From an uncultured Gammaproteobacteria bacterium (GTDB taxonomy: Bacteria > Patescibacteriota > Patescibacteriia > UBA11705 > JABHMO01), in assembly GCA_964590105.1 (NCBI GenBank), contig CAZPYM010000005.1, positions 19,015 to 83,014 of the forward strand: a stretch of 64,000 bases of DNA, in the 5' to 3' direction. Numbering within the stretch: the stretch's first letter is position 1; each line of letters begins with the position of its first letter. The translations under genes and the position numbers were made by a program. Below the pieces are notes generated by a model, which had not been told where the DNA came from, did no database searches, and saw only the letters and a program-made list of their open reading frames with translations. Below are positions 8,752 to 17,197 of this stretch, one piece after another.

Positions 8752-11346
8752 ATGGTAATAGATAAACAGGCTAAAATCATTTTTGATGAAGAGACGGCAA
8801 TGCTGGACCAGCCACAGGGAGAAGGAAGAGAGGCGCTTGACCGCGAACAAGGGGCAGATGAAGCCGTTGAAAAAGCAGCAGAAAGAATGAGAGAACTATC
8901 ACGGCCGGAAACATGGGAAAGAGAAATACAAGAAAACCTGGAACAAGCAGGGCGAGACTTGGAATTTGCAAAAACTTCATTGCAGGCAAGAGTCGGCGTA
9001 GCGGAAGCAACCGGTGAATTGCTGGGTGCAAAAGTGTCAGCAGAAGAAATTGCCGAAGCGCAGGAAAAAATGCAGCAAGTGCGGCAGGCTTTGGAAAAAA
9101 TCAAAGCCATGGATCTGCGGCAGGTATCGCGAAGCGCGGCCGAAGGCATCAAGCAATTTGTGAAGGATAATATGCTAACCCTGAGCCCGCTTTTGATTGG
9201 CCCATTGGCCGCTCTGACCGGCGGTAGTGTTGGCATTGCTGTTCAGGCCTCACTTGAATTGACCGCCGGTATGTACGCGCTGGATAAAGTTTTGGATCGG
9301 TTGATGGATAGCGCTGAAGAAATTATTCCGCCGCAGTATTTCGTGGCTCTGGTGGCCGGCACGACCAATCTGGCAGAACTTGGCACCTCACAGGCCGCGG
9401 CTTTTGCCGGCGATTCGATATCAGAAGTGGCTTCTACGCCACTCGGGAGCAATCCGACTAACTTATATCTGACTGGCTTTGCTTTAATGTCGGCAATGAA
9501 AAAAAGGGCGGTGGCAGAAGGAATTATTCAGCCGGGAGAAAAATTGGGTTTATTAAATATTAAAAAAGTGCTTAAAAGTATAGACTGGAAAAGTGTAAAA
9601 GAACAAGGGGGATCTGCTTCTCTATTTGCGCTTGATGCTTTGATTTTCCAATTTTATGTGCGGCCGGAAATGAAAAAAGCTAATTTTATTCCATTTGCCG
9701 CCTGGTCGGCGATTAATGCGCCAATCATGTTTGAATATTTTCGCCGTACAACTTTTTCGCGCGAATCTCAGGTTGGAAATTATGCGGAAAGCATTGGCGA
9801 AGTCCAGTCAGCACAATTACAACAGGTGATGTTTGAAAATCAGGAGGGAGCCAGTTGCTTGTTTGAATTATTGGAATCGATCCAGTTGTACAAAGGGACA
9901 GAGGATAAAAAAGAAAGAAAAGAGCTGCTGGCAAAGTTGCGCTCATTGACCAAAAATTTGCAAACAAGAGTAGAAGGTGACGGTAATTTTCGTCGAGCAG
10001 TCCAGACTGCGACAGCCGGAGCTTCAATGGAAGATGTACAAAAATTTTTAAAAATCGCCGGTGTCGGAGAAAAGATGGATGTGCTACTTGGAGTTGACGA
10101 AGCGCAAATTAATGAGGCGACTGAGGCAGGATTGAGATTGGGTGAAAATCCCAAACATGCTGATGCCAGCCGCGCCTTTATCGGTATTATCAGCGTGTTG
10201 GAAAGTTATAAAACGGCCAAAACTAAGGAACAGAAACAAAAAGCAAAGGAAAAACTGGAACAAGCATATTATGAGTTAGATATAGAAATGCAGTGGGATG
10301 AGGAATTTGCCGTTGCAGTGGAGAATTCACTGGCCGATGAAAAACTTCAGGACGTGAAAAAAGCTATTGATTATTTGAAAACCGGCAAACAAAGCGATGA
10401 CAGCATATTTGAAAAAATTGATAATCTGGGTGTTTTGCAGATACGCAATTTGCAAAAATTTGCGCAGATTACTGAAGTTCGTTCGCGGGACAGGGTGGAA
10501 AAAATTCAGCCCTTTGTTGCGGTTATGTCGCAAATAGCTGCTTTTCGGCGAGCCAAGAATGAGTCAAGAAAAAAAGATTTACTTTATGATATTAAATTAA
10601 AGCTTGATCACCTAGAGCGGCGAGGCGATTTGGATGAAGATTTTGCCGTCGTTAAGGAGCAGTTATTAGCGGCTGAAGAAATGGCGGAAATTCGCGAGCT
10701 GATAAAATTAAGAGCAACCGGCAATGAATTGGAGGACAAATTAACGGCCGGAGATTTCAAAGATGCTTCCTTTGCTTTATCGCGGCATCAGGAAGTGCAC
10801 GCAGAGCTCGCGCCAAAGATCGGCGAGCTGGCGGAAGCAATTCAAACACTGCATGGTTTAAAAGGCGAAGAAAAAATTCCCGAGGTAGAAAGAACTTTAC
10901 GCAGTCAGATAAAGGATGTTTTGTCAGAGCTTGGGAAAAAAATGCAGGAAGCGGAAATAGTTGAACAGGAAATGGGGAAAATACTTGCGGTTGGCGGCGG
11001 CGAACCGGTAAAAAATTTAATTGAGATGAATTTGGCGCGCCAGAAAAAAATAAAAAATGTTGCAACAATTGCCGGCGGCATAGCGGCGCTTATGGGATTG
11101 TCGGTTGTTTTAGATAAAGGGGTGACGCACATGGCTGAATCAGTAGACTGGCTTGGTAAAGGAGCGGCCGGGTTTTTTATTATGTCGTTTTTAACCAGCG
11201 TAGGTGAATTTTTAACGACGAAAAAATTCTTCCAGCGTGGCGAGGACAGAGCGGCAGTAAAAAATATTGCTGACAGCAATGCCATTAATATCGGGCTGGC
11301 CAAATGCGCTGTTGCCTCGAGCGCCATTCGTAGCTTATTTGTTTAA
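8752..11346 (+). CDS. Large coiled-coil protein (864 aa) with C-terminal transmembrane helices, hypothetical
   Basis: Glu/Lys/Ala-rich heptad-like sequence. C-terminal hydrophobic segments IAGGIAALMGLSVVL and FFIMSFLTSVGEFL. GC is modestly elevated. Confidence 0.5.
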   Translation: MVIDKQAKIIFDEETAMLDQPQGEGREALDREQGADEAVEKAAERMRELSRPETWEREIQENLEQAGRDLEFAKTSLQARVGVAEATGELLGAKVSAEEIAEAQEKMQQVRQALEKIKAMDLRQVSRSAAEGIKQFVKDNMLTLSPLLIGPLAALTGGSVGIAVQASLELTAGMYALDKVLDRLMDSAEEIIPPQYFVALVAGTTNLAELGTSQAAAFAGDSISEVASTPLGSNPTNLYLTGFALMSAMKKRAVAEGIIQPGEKLGLLNIKKVLKSIDWKSVKEQGGSASLFALDALIFQFYVRPEMKKANFIPFAAWSAINAPIMFEYFRRTTFSRESQVGNYAESIGEVQSAQLQQVMFENQEGASCLFELLESIQLYKGTEDKKERKELLAKLRSLTKNLQTRVEGDGNFRRAVQTATAGASMEDVQKFLKIAGVGEKMDVLLGVDEAQINEATEAGLRLGENPKHADASRAFIGIISVLESYKTAKTKEQKQKAKEKLEQAYYELDIEMQWDEEFAVAVENSLADEKLQDVKKAIDYLKTGKQSDDSIFEKIDNLGVLQIRNLQKFAQITEVRSRDRVEKIQPFVAVMSQIAAFRRAKNESRKKDLLYDIKLKLDHLERRGDLDEDFAVVKEQLLAAEEMAEIRELIKLRATGNELEDKLTAGDFKDASFALSRHQEVHAELAPKIGELAEAIQTLHGLKGEEKIPEVERTLRSQIKDVLSELGKKMQEAEIVEQEMGKILAVGGGEPVKNLIEMNLARQKKIKNVATIAGGIAALMGLSVVLDKGVTHMAESVDWLGKGAAGFFIMSFLTSVGEFLTTKKFFQRGEDRAAVKNIADSNAINIGLAKCAVASSAIRSLFV

Positions 11347-11352
11347 AAAAAT

Positions 11353-11727
11353 ATGAATCAAAATAAAATATTGGGACAATTCATTGATTATAAAAATGAT
11401 GAACACACCAGGTTTGTTGAACTCCTGCAGGATTCGATAAGTTTTAGCGCCCGCGAAAAAGCGTTTATGATTATTGATTTTCACAGATATAATCAAATTC
11501 AAAAGCAAAAGTTGGTCAAGGCGTTGGAATCAGACCGCCGGCTGATCAAGGATTTGGAGCATGAATATCCGGAAGAATACGCGCAAAGAGAAATAAGGTC
11601 GAAAAAGGCCTGGATTTTTATGCTGGAAAGATTAGCTGAATATATTCAGGAGCAAAAAACTCGGCAAGCAAAAAAGTTTGATTATGAAGAATTGATGAAA
11701 CTGCGGCAGAAGCTGGATCAGGATTGA
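11353..11727 (+). CDS. Hypothetical protein
   Basis: ORF 7 nt downstream of the previous gene, so probably co-transcribed. Confidence 0.4.
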   Translation: MNQNKILGQFIDYKNDEHTRFVELLQDSISFSAREKAFMIIDFHRYNQIQKQKLVKALESDRRLIKDLEHEYPEEYAQREIRSKKAWIFMLERLAEYIQEQKTRQAKKFDYEELMKLRQKLDQD

Positions 11728-11747
11728 AGTCAAATAAATATTGTTTA

Positions 11748-11778
11748 TAATTTTAAAAACGTCCTTGCTATTGCTCGG
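11748..11778. terminator. Hairpin flanked by A-run and T-run between convergent genes
   Basis: aaaaacgtccttgctattgctcggatgttttt. Confidence 0.35.
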
Positions 11779-11854
11779 ATGTTTTTATAATTGCGCGCTA
11801 CCATGCTACACATCATGGGAGCGGAGCTTTCGATGGCAAATTAGCAAATAAAAA

Positions 11855-13084
11855 TTAATGGATTTTTCTGAGACTCCTCTGATAGTTGATGGCAAAGCGG
11901 TGCGCTTCGTCGCGTACTTGAATCAGAAGTTTTTTGTTTTGCAATATCCACGACTCAATTTTTTTATCAGTAATAAAGAATTCGTTTTTTTTGCGAGCCG
12001 GTCCCTTGGCAATGCCGATGATTGGAATGTTTAATTGAAAAGTTTTCAAAACAGCTTTTATCGCGCTGACTTGCGGCTTGCCGCCGTCAACCAGAAATAT
12101 GTCCGGCAATTGCCATTCTTTGTGATTTAAACGGCGTTCCAGCACTTCGGTAAGGCAGGTCACGTCGCTTTGGCCCTGAACAGTTTTAATTTTGAATTTT
12201 TTGTATTCAGATTTTATCGGTTCGCCATTGACAAAAGTTACCAGACTGCCGACTTTTCCGGTTGAACCAAGATTGGAAATATCATAGCCCTCGATTCGCG
12301 TAACGCGTAGCGTGGAACGCGTAGCGCCGGAATGATAAAAAAATGATTTATTAAGGAGCGCGGTATCGTGAATTTTTTTTAGGGCGAGGACTTGATCTCG
12401 CAGGCGAGAGGCTTGTTCAAAGTTTTCCTGCTTGGAAAATTTTTTCATTTGTTTTTCCAATCCTTTGATAACCTGTTTCTTTTTCCCTGATAAAAATAAT
12501 GATAAAGGCCGAATAATTTTTTGATTGTATTCTCTGGAAATAATTTCGCCGGTGCAGACTCCCTGACACTGTCCGAGCTGATAATAAAAGCAGGCTTTGC
12601 CGCTGTCTGGTTTGCAGGTCGAGAAATGAAAAAGTTTTCGCAAAAGTTTCAGTGTTTCTTTTGTGTTTAATCCCGGAAACGGCCCCCAGATTTTTGAATT
12701 ATTAATTATGAGTTTTGTATTAATTAGTTCGTGCTGGCGGATGCTTTTTAACTGCGGGAATTTGTCCTTCGTTAAATATAAATAATTCCAGCTTTTGTCA
12801 TCTTTGCCTAGAACATTATATTTTGGTTGATGTTTTTTTATGTAGTTTGCTTCCAAAATGATCGCTTCCAAAACCGAATCAGTTTTAATCCATTTGATAT
12901 TACTCACTTCGTGTATAAATGTCTCAATCGGCCGAGGCGATTTTTGTCCGGTGAAATAACTTTTGATTCTTGATTTTAAATTTGTAGCCTTGCCGACGTA
13001 AATCAAAACCTTTTTGGCATTATAAAAAATATATATACCCGGAGAGTTGGGTGCTGATTGGATTTTATGACTTATCGCGGACAT
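11855..13084 (-). CDS. uvrC: Excinuclease ABC subunit C (short form: GIY-YIG plus UvrBC-interaction plus RNaseH-like endonuclease, no C-terminal HhH)
   Basis: N-terminal GIY-YIG (PGIYIFYN...LIYVGKATNLKSRIKSYF). It is 409 aa, shorter than the canonical roughly 600 aa. Confidence 0.8.
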   Translation of the reverse strand: MSAISHKIQSAPNSPGIYIFYNAKKVLIYVGKATNLKSRIKSYFTGQKSPRPIETFIHEVSNIKWIKTDSVLEAIILEANYIKKHQPKYNVLGKDDKSWNYLYLTKDKFPQLKSIRQHELINTKLIINNSKIWGPFPGLNTKETLKLLRKLFHFSTCKPDSGKACFYYQLGQCQGVCTGEIISREYNQKIIRPLSLFLSGKKKQVIKGLEKQMKKFSKQENFEQASRLRDQVLALKKIHDTALLNKSFFYHSGATRSTLRVTRIEGYDISNLGSTGKVGSLVTFVNGEPIKSEYKKFKIKTVQGQSDVTCLTEVLERRLNHKEWQLPDIFLVDGGKPQVSAIKAVLKTFQLNIPIIGIAKGPARKKNEFFITDKKIESWILQNKKLLIQVRDEAHRFAINYQRSLRKIH

Positions 13085-13264
13085 ATTTAATTTTTACCTT
13101 ATAAATTTAGCCAAATATTGAGGTTAAACGTTAATAATTTAGCAAAAAAATAACTAAAATGCAATAGAGGTAGAGTCTTAAATCAGTAGAAAATTGCAGA
13201 AATTCGAATAGTTTTATGATAAACCAGTTGGTTTAAATTGTTAAAATTAGTTAAAAAATAGCTA

Positions 13265-13291
13265 TTGACATTTTAATAGTTTTGATATAAT
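13265..13291 (+). promoter_or_regulatory. Sigma70-like promoter for the JAB-E1-Ubl operon
   Basis: TTGACA (13265..13270), a 15-nt spacer with TG, then TATAAT (13286..13291). It lies about 95 nt upstream of the ATG at 13383. Confidence 0.45.
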
Positions 13292-13382
13292 ATAAATTGT
13301 TCTTTGGACTTTGAAAATATAATATAGTTATTATTTGTTTGGGATTTTTTATCGGGCAAGTATAATCGCAAGGAGGATATCA

Positions 13383-14204
13383 ATGAAAGGAAAAAAATTC
13401 CCAGAGCAGCCTGTCGTCAGAACAAGTCATCGGCACAGTGGGCCGGTGAATGTCGGGCCAAGGGTGTACTGGAGCGTGCGCCAGAAATTCACGCCGCATG
13501 AGTTTGGACCGCAAATCAGCCTTTCCGGTAGCATGCCGGAAGTCTTGATTGTGCCGGAAGCCTTGGCAAAAATGTATGCCTATATCTGCGCCGCCGGCAG
13601 TGATGAAATCAGCTGGCTCGGTACGGTGGAAGATCGCGGCAACAAATATATCATCAAAGAGATATTTCTTGTTGAACAGACTGTCAACGGCGTGGAAACG
13701 GAAATGACCGCAGAGGGAATGGCGGAGCTGTCAGAAGAATTCATGGCTCGTCCGGATGGAGAAACTGTGTGGAAAGAAACTCGCTTTTGGGGACATTTTC
13801 ATCCGTTTTCCGATGCCGGACCGTCCGCTCATGATGAGCGCCAATTGCACGAATTTCTTAATTCCGGGCATGAGTTTTTCCTGCGCGGCATTTGCAGCGC
13901 AAATGGAATAATCCAGTTTACGTTATACTTGATTAACCGCGGAATCATCATTACCGATGTTCCGTGGTCGTTGAACATTGAGGATAACGATGAATTGCGG
14001 CAGCGTACTCTCGCTGAAGTTAAAGAAAAGGTGCGCAAGCGCATTGTTGAGACCGTCAGAGTGATGGGTGGCGGTCACTCCGCTATTGGTAATCCGCCAT
14101 ATGGCCGGACATGTACCAGAAGAGAAGTTGATAATGCGATTGAAAGCTTTAACCAGGAGGGGAGGAATCATGGGCCGAGCGACGACGACCAGCTTGAAGA
14201 ATAA
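13383..14204 (+). CDS. JAMM/JAB (MPN+) metalloprotease domain protein
   Basis: Exact JAMM motif HFHPFSDAGPSAHD (HxHx7Sx2D) with an upstream conserved Glu (DEISWLGTVE). RBS AAGGAGG sits 6 nt upstream of the ATG. Confidence 0.75.
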   Translation: MKGKKFPEQPVVRTSHRHSGPVNVGPRVYWSVRQKFTPHEFGPQISLSGSMPEVLIVPEALAKMYAYICAAGSDEISWLGTVEDRGNKYIIKEIFLVEQTVNGVETEMTAEGMAELSEEFMARPDGETVWKETRFWGHFHPFSDAGPSAHDERQLHEFLNSGHEFFLRGICSANGIIQFTLYLINRGIIITDVPWSLNIEDNDELRQRTLAEVKEKVRKRIVETVRVMGGGHSAIGNPPYGRTCTRREVDNAIESFNQEGRNHGPSDDDQLEE

Positions 14205-14916
14205 TAAAAAGCCGAAGGCACGGGTTCAGCCGCCGGTGGAAGCCGAACTGGATCTTGTTCGCCAGCTTTCAATATTTGATCCCACAAAATTCGCCGAAGA
14301 GCGTATTGACGTGATTGGCGTGGGCGCGGTCGGATCGCATGTGGCTTGGTTTTTGGCAAAAACAGGATTCAAAAACATTCATGTCTGGGACGACGACATT
14401 GTCGCCTCGCATAATGTTCCGAATCAGCAGTTTTTCCTTGACCAAGTCGGTCAAACAAAGGTTGCCGCGCTCGCTGAAAATATCATGCGCGCCACGGGCG
14501 TCATGGTTGCAATGCATCCGGTTAAATTCATCGGACAAGAAGGCCTGGGCAAACATGTTTTCCTGGGTGTTGACAGTATGGAAGCGCGCAAAAGCATCTT
14601 TGACTTGTCGATTAGAATGAAGCTCGGCATTGAAACAATGTTTGAGACTCGAATTGGGTCGGACATTTGCCGCATCTACCTTATTTCACCCATCAGCCCA
14701 GCGCAGATCAGAGGCTGGGAAGAAACACTGTATTTGGATAGCGAAGCGGAAGTTTCTCTTTGCGGTACTGTGCCGTCAATCATTACCACAAGTTCTCTGG
14801 CGGCCGCCGCTGCTGTATGGCAGTTCATCAAATGGCTGTCCAGTCGCGACGTGGAAAATGAGCTGGTCATTGGTTTTCGTCCGGCGTTCAATGTCTTGAC
14901 AAGAAAGTTCATTTGA
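14170..14916 (+). CDS. E1-like adenylyltransferase (ThiF/MoeB/HesA family)
   Basis: Rossmann motif IDVIGVGAVGSHVAWFLAKTG...HVWDDDIV. C-terminal SLCGTVPSIITTSSLAAAAAV aligns with the MoeB Cys-containing loop. RBS GGAGG is present. It overlaps the JAB gene by 35 nt. Confidence 0.75.
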   Translation: MGRATTTSLKNNKKPKARVQPPVEAELDLVRQLSIFDPTKFAEERIDVIGVGAVGSHVAWFLAKTGFKNIHVWDDDIVASHNVPNQQFFLDQVGQTKVAALAENIMRATGVMVAMHPVKFIGQEGLGKHVFLGVDSMEARKSIFDLSIRMKLGIETMFETRIGSDICRIYLISPISPAQIRGWEETLYLDSEAEVSLCGTVPSIITTSSLAAAAAVWQFIKWLSSRDVENELVIGFRPAFNVLTRKFI

Positions 14917-14975
14917 TGTAAAAGGAGAATAGATTATATCAAGTTTGTCCATTTTCCAATCACAGGAGGTGCAAA

Positions 14976-15188
14976 ATGGGAACTGCGCGCGTTGGGAAGT
15001 TGCCTGGACCGCCGTTCAAAGAGGTCGAATTCCGCGACGGAGACTCCGCGGCGGACGTCCTTAGGAATGCCGGTCTTTCAACCGACGGCGGCTATGAGTG
15101 CCGCGTGAATGGTTCGTCTGTTCCGCTGAACACGCGGATCAGACCGGGCGACCAGGTTCTGCTGGTCAAGAAAGTAAAGGGTCAGTAA
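14976..15188 (+). CDS. ThiS/MoaD-like beta-grasp ubiquitin-like protein with a non-canonical Gly-Gln C-terminus
   Basis: 70 aa. CRVNGSSVPLNTRIRPGDQVLLVKKVKGQ aligns with the ThiS C-terminus VNQQIV...DGDQILLFQVIAGG. RBS AGGAGG sits 6 nt upstream. Confidence 0.6.
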   Translation: MGTARVGKLPGPPFKEVEFRDGDSAADVLRNAGLSTDGGYECRVNGSSVPLNTRIRPGDQVLLVKKVKGQ

Positions 15189-15220
15189 GGCCACCTACTA
15201 GTATAAGGAATTAACAACAA

Positions 15221-15252
15221 AGAGCTATCCAGCATTGGCTAGCTCTTTTTTA
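15221..15252 (+). terminator. Rho-independent terminator after the Ubl gene
   Basis: agagctatcc-agcatt-ggctagctct stem followed by TTTTTT. Confidence 0.6.
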
Positions 15253-15266
15253 ATTAAAAAAAACAG

Positions 15267-15296
15267 GGGCGTTCCTTTATAAGGATCGCCCCCTTT
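15267..15296. terminator. Second strong hairpin with T-rich tracts on both sides, bidirectional
   Basis: ggggcgttcctt-tat-aaggatcgcccc, with AAAAAAAA upstream and TTTT downstream. Confidence 0.4.
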
Positions 15297-15594
15297 TCAC
15301 CGTGGCTGGTCAGTGGCAGTTAGCCGTTCATTGTTATCAGCCGCGTCTTGGCCGTTTACCCACGCTGGGGACTTGAGGCTGTCTTGACGCCGCAATGATT
15401 CAGAACGGTCTTTTTTGCCTGGTAGCGGGTCTGGCCGGAGCTCTGGCTGATCAGGCTTTTTTGCGACCCTACTGCTCCTCACAAAGGGCAATATGCGTCG
15501 CAAGCCGGATGAGTCATTGGCTTTCCTGCCCAGACTGGCTATGACCATTTGTTCCACGGTATTTAGATATTAGTATAAATAAAATTTTTGTCAA
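15297..15594 (-). other. Promoter-to-terminator unit of about 300 nt on the minus strand: a candidate small RNA or a low-complexity 86-aa ORF
   Basis: Minus-strand TTGACA (15589..15594), 16-nt spacer, TAATAT (15567..15572). It ends at the hairpin 15267..15296. The ORF 15297..15557 has a GTG start, no SD and an R/S/D-rich product. Confidence 0.25.
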
Positions 15595-15671
15595 GAGGGG
15601 TCGTGTCTATGGCGTATCCCAGCTTTTATAGCGGGTATTAAATATTTAGATAAAAACAAATAATATTAAAC

Positions 15672-15706
15672 AAAAAAGCATGCGAAATGGTTCGCACGCT
15701 TTGTTT
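15672..15706 (-). terminator. Rho-independent terminator for the minus-strand 410-aa gene
   Basis: Minus-strand RNA agcgugcgaa-ccau-uucgcaugcu followed by UUUUUU. Confidence 0.5.
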
Positions 15707-15720
15707 CTATTGGGAGGAAG

Positions 15721-16953
15721 CTATTCGGCTTCCTCGAATTCCTCGGCTACGCCGACAAGGCAGGTACCTCCTCCCTGTCTCGCGCCGCTCGAGCCGTCGT
15801 TGCGGCCGGAGAGCAGTTCATCCCACTTGATCTGCTGGCCCAACTGGAACAGCTGGGACAGGAACTTGTACTCGTTCGGTTCGTCCTTGCAGTTCGGCAG
15901 GAGCAGGATGGCAAGAGTGAATCTCGCGAGACTCTGTTCCAGGCGAACATCGTTCGCCGTTGCCGCCACGCCGAGGATCCGGAGCATCTCGTCCCTGGTC
16001 GTGGCCCCGATGGCCTGCGGCAGGTCCTTGTTGTCCAGGAGTTCCTTGATCTTCTTGGCTTCCGTGGCCATGGCGACTGCCACGGGCAGGCGCATGCCGC
16101 TGAAGAGCGTGTTGATGGCATCGTTGACCGCTTCGGCCGCGTCGTAGAGCATGCCGGTGTCGGGTGGGGTGACCAGGCCTTCCGGCATGGCCGTTCCGTC
16201 CGTCCGCTGGCTCAAGGCCACGGCCATGGCGAGCATCTGGTTTTCTCCCATGTCCGCGAGCCAGGCCTTCTTCCAGTCACGCATGGCGCGGTGGAAGTCG
16301 CGCAAGGCGACCCAGAGCACCATCTTGACGCGGTGGATCAGGTCGGTCTTCCGCCGCTTGGTCACGAATGCCGCTTCGATGTCCATGGCTTCGAGCACTT
16401 CCGCGTAGCGCTTCCTGCGAACCAGCTTGAGCAGGGAGTAGAACTCCTTGCCGCACGGTTCGCTGAGCTCGTCGGCTCGCTGAAGCATGAGGTCGACCAG
16501 CTTCTCCGGCACTTCGAAGAGTCCGAACTGGTCGGCGAGACCGGCGCGGTTGGCGAAGAGCACGGATACGGGCTGTTCGATCTTCAGCACGCCGCCCGCC
16601 TTGATGGTCTTCATGAAGGAATCGTCTTCCTTGACTTCCGGCAGAGCGTCGAAAGCGCCGACCAGGGCAACGGCCGTGCCGGCCGCTGTCGCGACCTGAG
16701 TACGGCCGCGCAGAACGGACGTGAACTGGCGCAGGAGCGCCACCGGAAGACCGAGACCGTCGTCGCAGAGCACCTTGCGCAGGTCGCCGAACGGCGTCAG
16801 ATTCTCGTCTCCCAGCATGTTCAGCGCGCCTTCGCTCGGCTCGCCGATGAGCGGCTTCAGCGCCGCGTCCAGTTGTTCCACCTTTTTGCCGGCCGCGCTG
16901 GCAAGCGCGCCCACTCGGTCATTCCATTTCTGCTTCCAAAGTTCTGTTTCCAT
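15721..16953 (-). CDS. Hypothetical alpha-helical protein (410 aa), extreme GC (about 62%)
   Basis: Long ORF with RBS AGGAGG 6 nt upstream of ATG (METELWKQKW). It has its own promoter and terminator. Its codon usage is foreign to the host. Confidence 0.55.
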   Translation of the reverse strand: METELWKQKWNDRVGALASAAGKKVEQLDAALKPLIGEPSEGALNMLGDENLTPFGDLRKVLCDDGLGLPVALLRQFTSVLRGRTQVATAAGTAVALVGAFDALPEVKEDDSFMKTIKAGGVLKIEQPVSVLFANRAGLADQFGLFEVPEKLVDLMLQRADELSEPCGKEFYSLLKLVRRKRYAEVLEAMDIEAAFVTKRRKTDLIHRVKMVLWVALRDFHRAMRDWKKAWLADMGENQMLAMAVALSQRTDGTAMPEGLVTPPDTGMLYDAAEAVNDAINTLFSGMRLPVAVAMATEAKKIKELLDNKDLPQAIGATTRDEMLRILGVAATANDVRLEQSLARFTLAILLLPNCKDEPNEYKFLSQLFQLGQQIKWDELLSGRNDGSSGARQGGGTCLVGVAEEFEEAE

Positions 16954-17040
16954 GGCACTCCTCCTGTTCACACACGCAACCGCACTGACCCGGCGGGTTA
17001 GGGCAGACCCAAAAGAGTCTGCGTAAAAAGAACCATTAAG

Positions 17041-17069
17041 ATATTAGCAATCCGTATAATTATTGTCAA
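17041..17069 (-). promoter_or_regulatory. Sigma70-like promoter on the minus strand for the 410-aa gene
   Basis: Minus-strand TTGACA (17064..17069 on plus), 17-nt spacer, TAATAT (17041..17046). Confidence 0.4.
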
Positions 17070-17133
17070 GGGGGCTTTTTTGGCTAATATTGCAGGACGA
17101 TATAGCTTGGTCTCATAATTAATATTCATCAAT

Positions 17134-17161
17134 TTGACAAAATTATTAATTGTGTTAATAT
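17134..17161 (+). promoter_or_regulatory. Sigma70-like promoter with extended -10 for the 600-aa gene
   Basis: TTGACA (17134..17139), 16-nt spacer, TGnTAATAT (17153..17161). Confidence 0.45.
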
Positions 17162-17197
17162 GGCACCTTTGTGTTCTTTACAAAAAGGGAGGTGGAA

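Noticed and set aside
8745-9236. 163-aa antisense ORF, and similar ORFs at 9243..9452, 9840..10154 and 10905..11327
   Set aside because: They lie antisense within the long coiled-coil gene and have Ser/Ala/Cys-rich low-complexity products typical of antisense frames.
13335-13382. N-terminal extension MFGIFYRASIIARRIS of the JAB ORF
   Set aside because: A strong AAGGAGG RBS is positioned for the downstream ATG at 13383. The extension overlaps the predicted promoter.
14976-15188. Considered that the Ubl operon is simply housekeeping ThiS/ThiF or MoaD/MoeB
   Set aside because: Not rejected outright. No thiazole or molybdopterin synthase genes (thiG/thiH/moaE/moaC) are adjacent, a JAB protease is present, and the locus is a GC island. 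A conjugation or defence role is favoured, but sulfur-carrier function remains the main alternative.
15680-17026. Multiple long ORFs on both strands (for example 16291..17001 +, 15747..16121 -, 15680..16147 +, 16721..17026 +)
   Set aside because: They are shadow frames produced by the ~62% GC of the real 15721..16953 minus-strand gene. They lack RBS and promoters and have Arg/Ala/Ser low-complexity products.
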